From positions 1 through 40,010 of the forward strand of contig JBLIRG010000026.1 in assembly GCA_049472195.1 (NCBI GenBank): DNA of 40,010 nucleotides, read 5' to 3'. The translations under genes and the position numbers were made by a program. A model generated the notes under the pieces. It did not search any database, was not told the origin of the DNA, and saw nothing but the letters and a program-made list of their open reading frames with translations. This document shows, piece by piece, positions 18,630-26,359 of this stretch (position 1 is the first letter of the stretch; each line of letters starts with the position of its first letter). The stretch is from Thermoplasmatota archaeon. GTDB lineage: Archaea > Thermoplasmatota > Penumbrarchaeia > Penumbrarchaeales > Penumbrarchaeaceae.

Positions 18630-19307
18630 ATGAGGGTATGCTGCCTGTTCAGCGGTGGTAAGGATTCCTCCTATTCATTACACCGCATGCTCCTCTCGGG
18701 ATTCGAGGTCCCCGTCCTCCTCACGGTCAGATCCTCCGATCCGGATTCATGGCTCTACCAGACCCCGGGGATCGAGATATCCCATCTCTTCCCGGACCTG
18801 ACGGGGATCGAGACCGAGATATTGGATTCCCCCGCGGATAGGGATCGGGAAAGGGAGGTCCTCACCGCCAGGCTGATCGACATGAAGGAGAGGTTCCGGC
18901 TCGATGCGGTATGCACGGGGGCTCTTCTCTCGGACTATCAGAGGATGATATTCTCCCATGCCGCATTCGATGCCGGTCTGATCTCCTACACCCCCATATG
19001 GCGGAAGGACGGGATCGGGTATCTGAATGATCTCGTGGGATCGGGATTCGAATTCATTCTGCTCTCTTACTCATCGGAGGGTTTCGATCCGGGGGATCTC
19101 GGGAGGATCGTCGACGATGAAATGAAGGAGAGGTTCCTCGATATCGCCGAAAGATGGAGATCCCATCCCGCCTTCGAGGGAGGGGAGGCGGAGACCCTCG
19201 TTCTATCAGCGCCGCTATATCGGAAAAGGCTCGAGATCCGGGGGGAGGTCCGGATCGAGAGCGAGTTCCGGGCGAGGTACATGATCAGGGAGGCCAGATG
19301 CGTATGA
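18630..19307 (+). CDS. PP-loop ATP pyrophosphatase of the MJ0570/diphthine-ammonia ligase (Dph6-like) family
   Basis: 225 aa. N-terminal PP-loop MRVCCLFSGGKDSSYSL (SGGxDS). Size and fold match archaeal Dph6 N-domain proteins. Confidence 0.7.
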   Translation: MRVCCLFSGGKDSSYSLHRMLLSGFEVPVLLTVRSSDPDSWLYQTPGIEISHLFPDLTGIETEILDSPADRDREREVLTARLIDMKERFRLDAVCTGALLSDYQRMIFSHAAFDAGLISYTPIWRKDGIGYLNDLVGSGFEFILLSYSSEGFDPGDLGRIVDDEMKERFLDIAERWRSHPAFEGGEAETLVLSAPLYRKRLEIRGEVRIESEFRARYMIREARCV

Positions 19308-20614
19308 TTGAGCCGGTTTTCATTAAGGATGCGAGGTTCGTTCTGACGATGGACGGCAGCGGATCGATACTGGAGAACGCAAACGTCAGGATAGAGGAGG
19401 GAAGGATCGACGGCATAGGGGATATCGAACCCTCGAGGGGAGACGAGATCGTCGAGGGGAGGAGGAAGATCCTGATGCCGGGCCTCGTGAACTCCCATAC
19501 CCACGCCGCCATGATCATTCTTCGGGGCCTGAATGACGACGCTCCCCTGGACTGCTGGCTTCAATCCATGTGGGCAGTCGAGGGCAGACTTGCCCCGGAA
19601 GTGGAGGAGATTGGGGCGGAGATGGCCTTTCTGGAGATGATAAGATCCGGTACAACCGCCTGTCTGGACATGTACGGAGCATTCGAGGCCGCCAGGGCCG
19701 CCGGGCGGGTCGGACTGAGGCTGGCTGCCGGCCCCCCTTTGATCTCGGTATTCGGATCCACGGATGACCGCCTGGAACAGGCGGGCAGATTCCTTGAGGA
19801 GTTCAGGGAGCACCCCCGAATCAAGCCCGTGGTAAACCTCCATTCCATATACACCAACGATGAGGATGCAATAAAAAGGGCGGCGGATCTGTCCGTGAGG
19901 GAAGATCTTCTGCTGAACGTTCACTGTTCCGAAACGAGAAAGGAGGTCTTTGACAACAGGAAAGAACGTGGAAGACTCGCCGTGGAGGAGCTGGACGAAT
20001 GGGGGGCCCTCATGAAGAACACGGTCCTCGTCCATTTGGGATGGGCCTCATCCTGGGAGTTTCAGATGATAGGCAGGGCCGATGCGGCCACCGTTCACTG
20101 CCCTAACTCCAACCAGAAGCTCGGAACCGGCGGTTTCTTCCCCTTCCGCGATCTGTCGGGGATGGGCATAAGGGTCGGTATCGGAACCGACTCTGCCGCA
20201 TCCAACAATTCCCTGGACATGTTCAGGGAGATGAAGGCAATGGCCCTCCTGCAGAAGGGACAGTACTGGGATCCCACGGCCGCCACCGCCTCCGATGCTC
20301 TGAAATGCGGTACTTTCGGGGGCAGCGACATATTAGGGATCGATACCGGAAGGATCGAGAGGGGTAGAAGCGCGGATCTTATCATGATCGGGATCGATCC
20401 GACCATCATGCCGTTGAGAATGGATAACCTCGCCTCAGCCCTCGTTTACTCGGCGGCGGGCCATCTTGTCGACATGACGATGGTGGAAGGGGAAATTCTC
20501 TATTCCGAAGGGAGGCTGAGAAACGGCATGAAACTGGATGACAGGTTCGGGGAGCTCGCCGATTCGATCCCGGATTCACTTTTCGATCAGCCCGTCGTCG
20601 ATCAGACCCAGTAA
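19298..20614 (+). CDS. Metal-dependent amidohydrolase, MtaD/DadD-like (5'-methylthioadenosine/S-adenosylhomocysteine or 5'-deoxyadenosine deaminase family)
   Basis: Start ATG 19298 (MRMIEPVFIKDARFVLTMDG...) overlaps the upstream stop by 10 nt. Metal-binding HTHAAM motif after ILMPGLVNSHTHAAM. The longer ORF from 19154 is an upstream in-frame extension inside the previous gene. Confidence 0.75.
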   Translation: MRMIEPVFIKDARFVLTMDGSGSILENANVRIEEGRIDGIGDIEPSRGDEIVEGRRKILMPGLVNSHTHAAMIILRGLNDDAPLDCWLQSMWAVEGRLAPEVEEIGAEMAFLEMIRSGTTACLDMYGAFEAARAAGRVGLRLAAGPPLISVFGSTDDRLEQAGRFLEEFREHPRIKPVVNLHSIYTNDEDAIKRAADLSVREDLLLNVHCSETRKEVFDNRKERGRLAVEELDEWGALMKNTVLVHLGWASSWEFQMIGRADAATVHCPNSNQKLGTGGFFPFRDLSGMGIRVGIGTDSAASNNSLDMFREMKAMALLQKGQYWDPTAATASDALKCGTFGGSDILGIDTGRIERGRSADLIMIGIDPTIMPLRMDNLASALVYSAAGHLVDMTMVEGEILYSEGRLRNGMKLDDRFGELADSIPDSLFDQPVVDQTQ

Positions 20615-20878
20615 CCTTATGCCGTCGGCAACTTCTCCCCTGGCCCCCACTAGTTTCAGATTCCCCCCCCGGTTTCGAAGCCTTGAATGAATATGATGAA
20701 GCGATGTGAGGCCTTCCGATGATATCTCCATCAACTCCGAGACGTCCAGGATCACATCGTCGTCCCCTATCTGCGAGTTCACTATCATCGATTCCAGCTT
20801 CAGGGCAGATCCGCGGTCCACCTCGCCCGAGATGATCCACTTGTAACTGCCCTCCCCTGCAACCTTTCTGATATCCAT
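20576..20878 (-). CDS. STAS-domain protein (SpoIIAA/anti-sigma-factor-antagonist-like)
   Basis: 100 aa. Pattern VILDVSELMEISSEGLTSLHHIHSRLRNRGGNLKLVGARGEVADGIRLLGL matches the STAS fold consensus. 3' end overlaps the convergent amidohydrolase gene by 39 nt. Confidence 0.5.
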   Translation of the reverse strand: MDIRKVAGEGSYKWIISGEVDRGSALKLESMIVNSQIGDDDVILDVSELMEISSEGLTSLHHIHSRLRNRGGNLKLVGARGEVADGIRLLGLIDDGLIEK

Positions 20879-20967
20879 GGGAACATATTGTTATTTGAAC
20901 GGTTTATACTTTGCCGTGAACATGCTCGGAACGACCGGGGAAGATCAAAATTTTAACTGGAATATCC

Positions 20968-22074
20968 TCATATCCTTACCAGATCGTAATCGGATGACCC
21001 CATACCGAGCTCCTCGGCGTAGGTGATCTGAAGATAACCGTTGGTCTTCTCCCTCATTCCCTTGAATTTATCCTTTCCAGGTTCATGGTTCTTCTTCAGC
21101 TTCGTATCGAGAAATCCCTGGCTTGAATTGACGAGATCGTAGGAAGCCCTGTCAATGGCCACCGGATCCCTGGATGCCAGGATCCCTATGTCGGGAACTA
21201 TCGGATGATCGCTCCATGAGAAGCAGTCGCAGTCGGGGGATATCTTCAACAGGAAATTGATGTAACCGCATCTGTCCCTCTTCCCGTCCACAGCTCCGTA
21301 TGCGTATTCCACCATTCTTTCCATAAACGGGTCGATCTCGGATTCCCAGTCCAATCCTATGGCATCTGCTGGACATACGGTCATGCACTCGCCGCATCCG
21401 ATGCATTTCTCCCTTACTATGAAGGATTTCCCGCCCTCGATGTGCGGTGCGTCCACCGGGCAAATATCCAGGCACTCTCCGCAGCCAATGCATCTGGCGG
21501 CCGCGACCTTGGGTCTTGCCGAGTGCTGGTCCATCTTGCCGTAGGCGGTTGCGCATCCCATTGCAAGGTTCTTGATCGCACCCCCGAAACCGGCCATCTC
21601 GTGGCCTTTGAAATGGCTCATCACGATCATCGAATCGGCCCGGTGAATATCTCCGGCGATCCTCAGGCTTCCGAAGTGCTTTCCGGCCATCTTGACATTG
21701 ACCAGGTTCTTTCCCGTAAGCCCGTCTGCGATTATGATCGGGGCCCCCACTACAGCGTAGTCGAATCCGTGAAGCACTGCCGTCTCGATGTGATCCACCG
21801 AATTGTGCCGGCTTCCCTTGTACAAGGTATTCGTATCGGTAAGGAAAGGTCTTCCTCCGGATTCCTTTATGCGATCAACGACCGGTCTGACGAATATGGG
21901 ATTGATGAACGCATCCCCGCCCATCTCCCCGAAGTGGATCTTGACGGCAGTGAGATCATCTTTCTTGATCAGGTCACTAAAACCAGCCCTGTCGAACAAT
22001 TTACCGATCTTGCTCGCCTTGTTGCTCCCAGTATTCCTTGCCTTCAGATCAGCGAAGTAAACCTCTGATGCCAT
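20968..22074 (-). CDS. DUF362-domain protein with two [4Fe-4S] ferredoxin-type cluster motifs
   Basis: 368 aa. Two CxxCxxCxxxCP motifs (CIGCGECLDICPV, CIGCGECMTVCPA) embedded in a DUF362-like scaffold. Confidence 0.55.
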   Translation of the reverse strand: MASEVYFADLKARNTGSNKASKIGKLFDRAGFSDLIKKDDLTAVKIHFGEMGGDAFINPIFVRPVVDRIKESGGRPFLTDTNTLYKGSRHNSVDHIETAVLHGFDYAVVGAPIIIADGLTGKNLVNVKMAGKHFGSLRIAGDIHRADSMIVMSHFKGHEMAGFGGAIKNLAMGCATAYGKMDQHSARPKVAAARCIGCGECLDICPVDAPHIEGGKSFIVREKCIGCGECMTVCPADAIGLDWESEIDPFMERMVEYAYGAVDGKRDRCGYINFLLKISPDCDCFSWSDHPIVPDIGILASRDPVAIDRASYDLVNSSQGFLDTKLKKNHEPGKDKFKGMREKTNGYLQITYAEELGMGSSDYDLVRI

Positions 22075-22690
22075 ACAGATGCCCCCGTATATCTTGTATC
22101 ATCTCGGAAACCGTGAGTTATCCTTATGGCGAAAACATTATTTTATTCTTTCAAAATAAATGGTTGAATGGCGACTGAACTGCGATAGACGCATTTTTTC
22201 AAAAGGTTTGGCGGGGAATTAACCCCGCCGTTTTCCTCTCTTCCCTTTACTCACCCGTGGGGTGGGTCCCATAACCTCCGTTGTTCAGAGGATCGTCATA
22301 TACAATGAGGTCCGTCCTTCGGGACCGATAATGATCCGCATCATTGATCCGGATCTTCACATGGCGAATGTTCTGATATCAATTCCCTTGAAAACACTTC
22401 TTCGGCACCTCCTGGATCATTCATCAACATCCGCACATTTTCTCTCCTTTATCACCCGTTGTTTTCATTCTTCATCGTATCCTCGTTTTCCCCGTTCCAC
22501 AATTAATATTATGTTTAAATGATTATATGACTATTTTTAATGACATTAATGAACTTTTATTCTAAAATTCAATTATAAATACGGATCTTGGATCCCTTGC
22601 ATGTTTTCAAACTACAGGATCGGGGATCATAATATGATCGGGATTCCCGCGGAAATATCAGAAAAGTATATATATGGATTATGGAAAACT

Positions 22691-22889
22691 ATCGGATTTT
22701 TCAATTTAGTTATATACTCTTGATATTGATATAAAACATAGAGGCGAGGGGGCTCCCCGGAGTGCAATGGTACGGGCCTTCCGGAAAGCCCTTGAAATCC
22801 CTCTAGATAGTATAGTACACATATGGTATTAGAAGATGTCGAAAAAAAACGAGGGATTCCGCCTGAAAAACGCAAAGGAGGTGAAAATA
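22691..22889 (+). promoter_or_regulatory. Conserved roughly 200-nt upstream element, copy A: GGATTTTTCAAT box, TATA box, GTGCAATGGTACGGGCC and CTTGAAATCCC blocks, AGGAGGTGA Shine-Dalgarno
   Basis: Block-wise homologous, with conserved spacing (box to GTGCAAT 71-72 nt; GTGCAAT to ATG 124-128 nt), to copy B at 25935-26133. Confidence 0.6.
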
Positions 22890-23027
22890 ATGGAAAGGAG
22901 AACCGACAATGCATCTGACCGCGATGGAGGCATATTCTACGATTGGTTCCCAACGGAGGAGATAATTGCGCCCTCGTATCTGGTCCTCAGACTCATCAAC
23001 CTGTACTCGTTCAGGTATCCGAGATGA
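22890..23027 (+). CDS. Small ORF A (45 aa), hypothetical peptide MERRTDNASDRDGGIFYDWFPTEEIIAPSYLVLRLINLYSFRYPR
   Basis: Strong Shine-Dalgarno AGGAGGTGA 7 nt upstream. The start region (ATGGAAAGGAG vs ATGGAAGAGGA) and the C-terminal ...LYSFRYPR motif are homologous to small ORF B (…MYNCRYPRC). Confidence 0.45.
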   Translation: MERRTDNASDRDGGIFYDWFPTEEIIAPSYLVLRLINLYSFRYPR

Positions 23028-23145
23028 ACTGCAGGGAGATCTTGACAATCAAGGACAGGCGAGAACATCGGAATAAACCGAAAAAGGGGAGAATGACAGA
23101 AAAACTTATATAGGCCTGCAATAAAACTATAGGATTTCTGATAAA

Positions 23146-23179
23146 CCATATATATACTCCCCAATGATACTTCATCTGA
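23146..23179 (+). promoter_or_regulatory. Third copy of the island promoter motif (ATAGGATTTCTGATAAACCATATATATACTCC)
   Basis: Shares ATMGGATTT box plus a TATATA box about 14 nt downstream with copy A (22691-22724) and copy B (25935-25967). Confidence 0.45.
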
Positions 23180-23227
23180 GGGTGGGGGAACGGAGCGGGG
23201 ATTGAATGCGTAAAAAGCCCGAAATAA

Positions 23228-23285
23228 AACGGAAAGAAACGGGTTCCGCCCATTTCTTTCCGTTACCATTTTCAACTTATTTTCC
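23228..23285 (+). terminator. Hairpin (16-bp imperfect inverted repeat AACGGAAAGAAACGGG / CCCATTTCTTTCCGTT) followed by T-rich tract
   Basis: Stem 23228-23243 and 23249-23264, loop TTCCG, then ACCATTTTCAACTTATTTTCC. Lies about 50 nt downstream of the third promoter copy. Confidence 0.45.
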
Positions 23286-23389
23286 ATATTTGAGAATATT
23301 CTAATGAATTATCATTATTCGCGAAATATTCCGATCCCGAATGGAAAAATTATATCTATACTACTACCCATTCTAAGATCGAGGGCTGT

Positions 23390-24754
23390 ATGAAGATAGA
23401 TAGAGAATCCCAGGTAATGTACGGAGTTCACCTCCTACTCGGTGTCGATGACTACTCAAGGGGACATGACAAGCAGGAGCTTTCGAACGCACTCGGAATA
23501 TCAAGCAACACGCTCGATCTCTATCTTGCCCATCTTTCAAAGCGGGATCTGATCAACAGGAAGAAATCAAGATACCAGAAGGAGATCAGACAGATCATAA
23601 AATTGACCGAGGAGGGGGCAAAGGAGGTTCAGAAGATCGAATCGGACATCAACAAACTCCTCCTTACCAACGAGCGGCACAATATTCCCAACTGCATAAA
23701 CGTAACAGATATTCTGAGCAGGATCCCCGATCCCCTCGCGAAGATATTCTTCCTTGCGGTCTACAACAAATACAAGAGCTTCGATCTGCCGATGTTCCTG
23801 GAGACGCTGAGGATCTCCAAGCAGGATGTGAACATAATCAACCTCTTTCCGGGATCAGAGGGAAGCTATTCCGATACAGGAAGAATCCCCCTTATCGAAT
23901 CGATATTCAAAACATGTTTCTACGGGGATATCGACTGTGAAATATTGGACACCGATGTCTGGGGCGAGAAGGATATCGATGCATTTCTCGTCGTCGCCGA
24001 GGCCAGGCTCAAACAGGGAAAGCTCAAAGACGCGGAGATGATTTATGATTATATTCTGTCACCTAAACTCGAGATCACTCAGAACCAATGGTTTATAGCA
24101 CGCCTGGGAATGGTAAACATACTGCGAAGACAGGGCAAATTCGATGAAGCTTTGGAGCAGCTCGATGAGATTCACGACATGGTCGATGACAGCGTATACC
24201 AGGCCTTCATAAAGGAGAACAAAGCCTTGATCTACACCATAACCTACCAAAATCAGAAATCCATGGATATGTTCAAAAGGTCAATAGCATCATTCACCAC
24301 TCATGGCCTACCACTTATGCTTTCTATCGCATACAATAACCGCGGGACCTGTTACTTCAGGATGGAAGATTACCAGAATGCGGAGAAGGACTGGATCAAA
24401 GCGAGAAAATTCGCCAAGAAAGCACAGTCCGCTTACTGCGAGGCTGCCATCCTGTGCAATCTATCGGATACGACTGCCATGAAGGGAAAGATAGATCTTG
24501 CTGTCAAATATCTCAATAAGGCCTTCAAGATATTCAAGGAGATTCCTGATTACGAGGGAATGGCAAGTGTTTACTACAACTTCTCACTCCTTTATCTTGA
24601 GAGCGGGCAGCTTGAAAACGCATTGGAAAATTTCCGAAATTCGATTACGGTTGCAGAACCTCTTCCTTCTGATTTTGAAAAGAAAGACTGGAGAAAAACC
24701 TTCATCCAGAGGGGGAAGGACCACGGTTTCGACTCTATAGAAAATATAATATAA
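23390..24754 (+). CDS. wHTH-TPR protein (N-terminal winged helix DNA-binding domain plus C-terminal tetratricopeptide repeats)
   Basis: 454 aa. N-terminus ELSNALGISSNTLDLYLAHLSKRDLINRKKS is HTH-like. C-terminal half has multiple 34-residue TPR-like units (for example AYNNRGTCYFRMEDYQNAEKDWIKARKFAKK, LCNLSDTTAMKGKIDLAVKYLNKAFKIFKE, YYNFSLLYLESGQLENALENFRNSI). TATA-like box about 35 nt upstream. Confidence 0.6.
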   Translation: MKIDRESQVMYGVHLLLGVDDYSRGHDKQELSNALGISSNTLDLYLAHLSKRDLINRKKSRYQKEIRQIIKLTEEGAKEVQKIESDINKLLLTNERHNIPNCINVTDILSRIPDPLAKIFFLAVYNKYKSFDLPMFLETLRISKQDVNIINLFPGSEGSYSDTGRIPLIESIFKTCFYGDIDCEILDTDVWGEKDIDAFLVVAEARLKQGKLKDAEMIYDYILSPKLEITQNQWFIARLGMVNILRRQGKFDEALEQLDEIHDMVDDSVYQAFIKENKALIYTITYQNQKSMDMFKRSIASFTTHGLPLMLSIAYNNRGTCYFRMEDYQNAEKDWIKARKFAKKAQSAYCEAAILCNLSDTTAMKGKIDLAVKYLNKAFKIFKEIPDYEGMASVYYNFSLLYLESGQLENALENFRNSITVAEPLPSDFEKKDWRKTFIQRGKDHGFDSIENII

Positions 24755-24823
24755 TGATCATTATTATTCACAAATGGATTGAAATATTCAATCAATTTGA
24801 ATAAATATGTGGGGTGATGTGAT

Positions 24824-25420
24824 TTGGTAAAAAAAGCGTTAATCATCATTTCCGATGATTACCACGGAATGACCAATGGTTTCGAATTGGAAAAAGCGGA
24901 AAGGCTCAGAGATGATTTGAGAAGCAAGGGATGGATCGTTAATAGTGACGATAATTCAAATGATCAGATCGTGGTCAATAGAAATGATTTTTTAGCTCTC
25001 AGGGATTGGTTGAGGGACCACCCAAACCAGCCGGATGATGAATTTCTCGTGTATATCGCCGACCAGACCCATCTGATTGCCGGAGACGATATCAAGATAT
25101 CATTTTCGACTGGAGAGGCGAATATTGTCGATGAGATCGACTATGAATTCAAAGATCATCTTTGTGTTGAGTTCACACTCGTATTTGGGGGTCCAAAATC
25201 GGGAGGTGCCATCCATGATCAGACACATCTCGGACCAAAATGTCTTGTGATATGCTCGATGCATGAATCAGAGGATTATAATGATGATCTGTTTGATCTT
25301 CAGTACAGCCTCATGGGAGATAATTTCCTGGAGGCTGGAAGACAGGAAAGGGCCAGGCTGCTTCTTGAGAATCCTGTACAACACGTACAATTGAAGAATA
25401 GGAACAATCCGGTACCGTGA
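24824..25420 (+). CDS. Hypothetical protein (198 aa), possibly a caspase-like (peptidase C14-type) fold. Start uncertain (TTG at 24824; first ATG is Met16)
   Basis: N-terminal strand KKALIIISDDY, then helix ELEKAERLRDDLRSKGWIVN, then DEFLVYIADQTH (His position) and KCLVICSMHE (Cys position). These follow the strand/His/Cys order of caspase-like domains. Internal repeat DQTHL appears twice. Confidence 0.35.
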   Translation: MVKKALIIISDDYHGMTNGFELEKAERLRDDLRSKGWIVNSDDNSNDQIVVNRNDFLALRDWLRDHPNQPDDEFLVYIADQTHLIAGDDIKISFSTGEANIVDEIDYEFKDHLCVEFTLVFGGPKSGGAIHDQTHLGPKCLVICSMHESEDYNDDLFDLQYSLMGDNFLEAGRQERARLLLENPVQHVQLKNRNNPVP

Positions 25421-25434
25421 ACGAACATCGGCAG

Positions 25435-25740
25435 TTAATGATTTTTAATCCAGCTGCCGATGATTATTCCTTTTTCTTTTCTCAATTTATCCTTTTTTTC
25501 CTTAATATATTCGTATTCTTCTTCGTTTTTGATTTTATGGATCATCGCGTCGAGGTCCATCCTCTCTATTTTGCATACCTCGCTGTACATCGCACGAATT
25601 GCCCTGACTCTCCTCCTCCCCGCACATTTCGGCAAAGGCCTTTCCGGTCTTTCACCATCGATGTAACCGTTGTATATCTCCCTGATTATATCCTTGTTCG
25701 TTTTACCCATTTCAATTCCCTCCTGATCAAACAATATCAT
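25435..25740 (-). CDS. Hypothetical small basic protein (101 aa)
   Basis: ORF MILFDQEGIEMGKTNKDIIREIYNGYIDGERPERPLPKCAGRRRVRAIRAMYSEVCKIERMD...KEKKDKLRKEKG. TATA-like ATTTATAT about 25 nt upstream on the minus strand, so possibly leaderless. The plus-strand overlapping ORF is poly-Phe junk. Confidence 0.4.
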   Translation of the reverse strand: MILFDQEGIEMGKTNKDIIREIYNGYIDGERPERPLPKCAGRRRVRAIRAMYSEVCKIERMDLDAMIHKIKNEEEYEYIKEKKDKLRKEKGIIIGSWIKNH

Positions 25741-25934
25741 ATGAAAAAGGAAATATAAATAGATAAAGGATTGTGTTCTTCAGGAAATATAATCTTCATT
25801 TAGTTCAAATAATGTTAAAATATTCTCATATTTATACATTCATGGCAGGTCGAATATTCAATTAGGATAGGATAAATAATGCATGATATGGGAAAAAGCG
25901 GAGAGTAAACCTTATATATGCCTTTCCGGAAAAT

Positions 25935-26133
25935 ATAGGATTTTTCAATCCCCTTATATATCCTGATAGCCGATATTCAATTGCAGCGAGGAGGAATGCC
26001 GACCGGTGCAATATGGTACGGGCCCGGGCGGCGATCCTTTGAAATCCCGAAAGATCCGAACCGGATCGTCATGATCCCGGGGGGGATCGGTGGGGATTTC
26101 TTCCGCTAGAAAATACCGAAAGGGGGTGTAGTG
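25935..26133 (+). promoter_or_regulatory. Conserved roughly 200-nt upstream element, copy B (ATAGGATTTTTCAAT box, TTATATAT, GTGCAATATGGTACGGGCC, CTTTGAAATCCC, GGGGGTG Shine-Dalgarno)
   Basis: Homologous to copy A with conserved block order and spacing. Confidence 0.6.
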
Positions 26134-26226
26134 ATGGAAGAGGAAAATAAACTGAGGTATTGGGAGATTGTCCCTATCTGGTTCCGCCTTGCCAGCATGT
26201 ATAACTGCAGATATCCGAGGTGCTGA
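26134..26226 (+). CDS. Small ORF B (30 aa), hypothetical peptide MEEENKLRYWEIVPIWFRLASMYNCRYPRC
   Basis: Homologous to small ORF A at both DNA and peptide level (…Y(S/N)(F/C)RYPR). Followed by its own terminator hairpin. Confidence 0.45.
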   Translation: MEEENKLRYWEIVPIWFRLASMYNCRYPRC

Positions 26227-26260
26227 GAGGTGAGTAAATTTGGGGGTCCGGCCGCGTGTG

Positions 26261-26287
26261 GGGGTCCGGACCCCTGTCCTTTTTTTT
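26261..26287 (+). terminator. Intrinsic-terminator-like hairpin GGGGTCCGGACCCC followed by TGTCC then T7
   Basis: Perfect palindromic GC-rich stem followed by a T-run, 35 nt after the stop of small ORF B. Confidence 0.55.
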
Positions 26288-26359
26288 GAAAAGTTTTAAA
26301 TCGATACGGATCGATAGGTAACCGAACCATACTGGCTCGATTTCGAAGGTGAATCCGTA

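Noticed and set aside
19067-20035. 322-aa minus-strand ORF
   Set aside because: Antisense to the Dph6-like and amidohydrolase genes. Gly/Pro/Arg-rich.
22211-22245. Hairpin GGCGGGGAATTAACCCCGCC followed by a T/C-rich tract
   Set aside because: It lies upstream of the DUF362 gene start on the wrong side to terminate it, and no plus-strand gene ends there. It may be a leader structure, but evidence is insufficient.
22080-23390. CRISPR array or insertion sequence in the long AT-rich noncoding stretches (also 25760..26350)
   Set aside because: No regularly spaced direct repeats of 25-40 nt, no terminal inverted repeats and no transposase ORF. The repeated elements present are the paired small-ORF modules described in findings.
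25417-25758. 113-aa plus-strand ORF
   Set aside because: Translation is dominated by poly-Phe/Leu from an AT-rich antisense read. The minus-strand 101-aa ORF is more protein-like.
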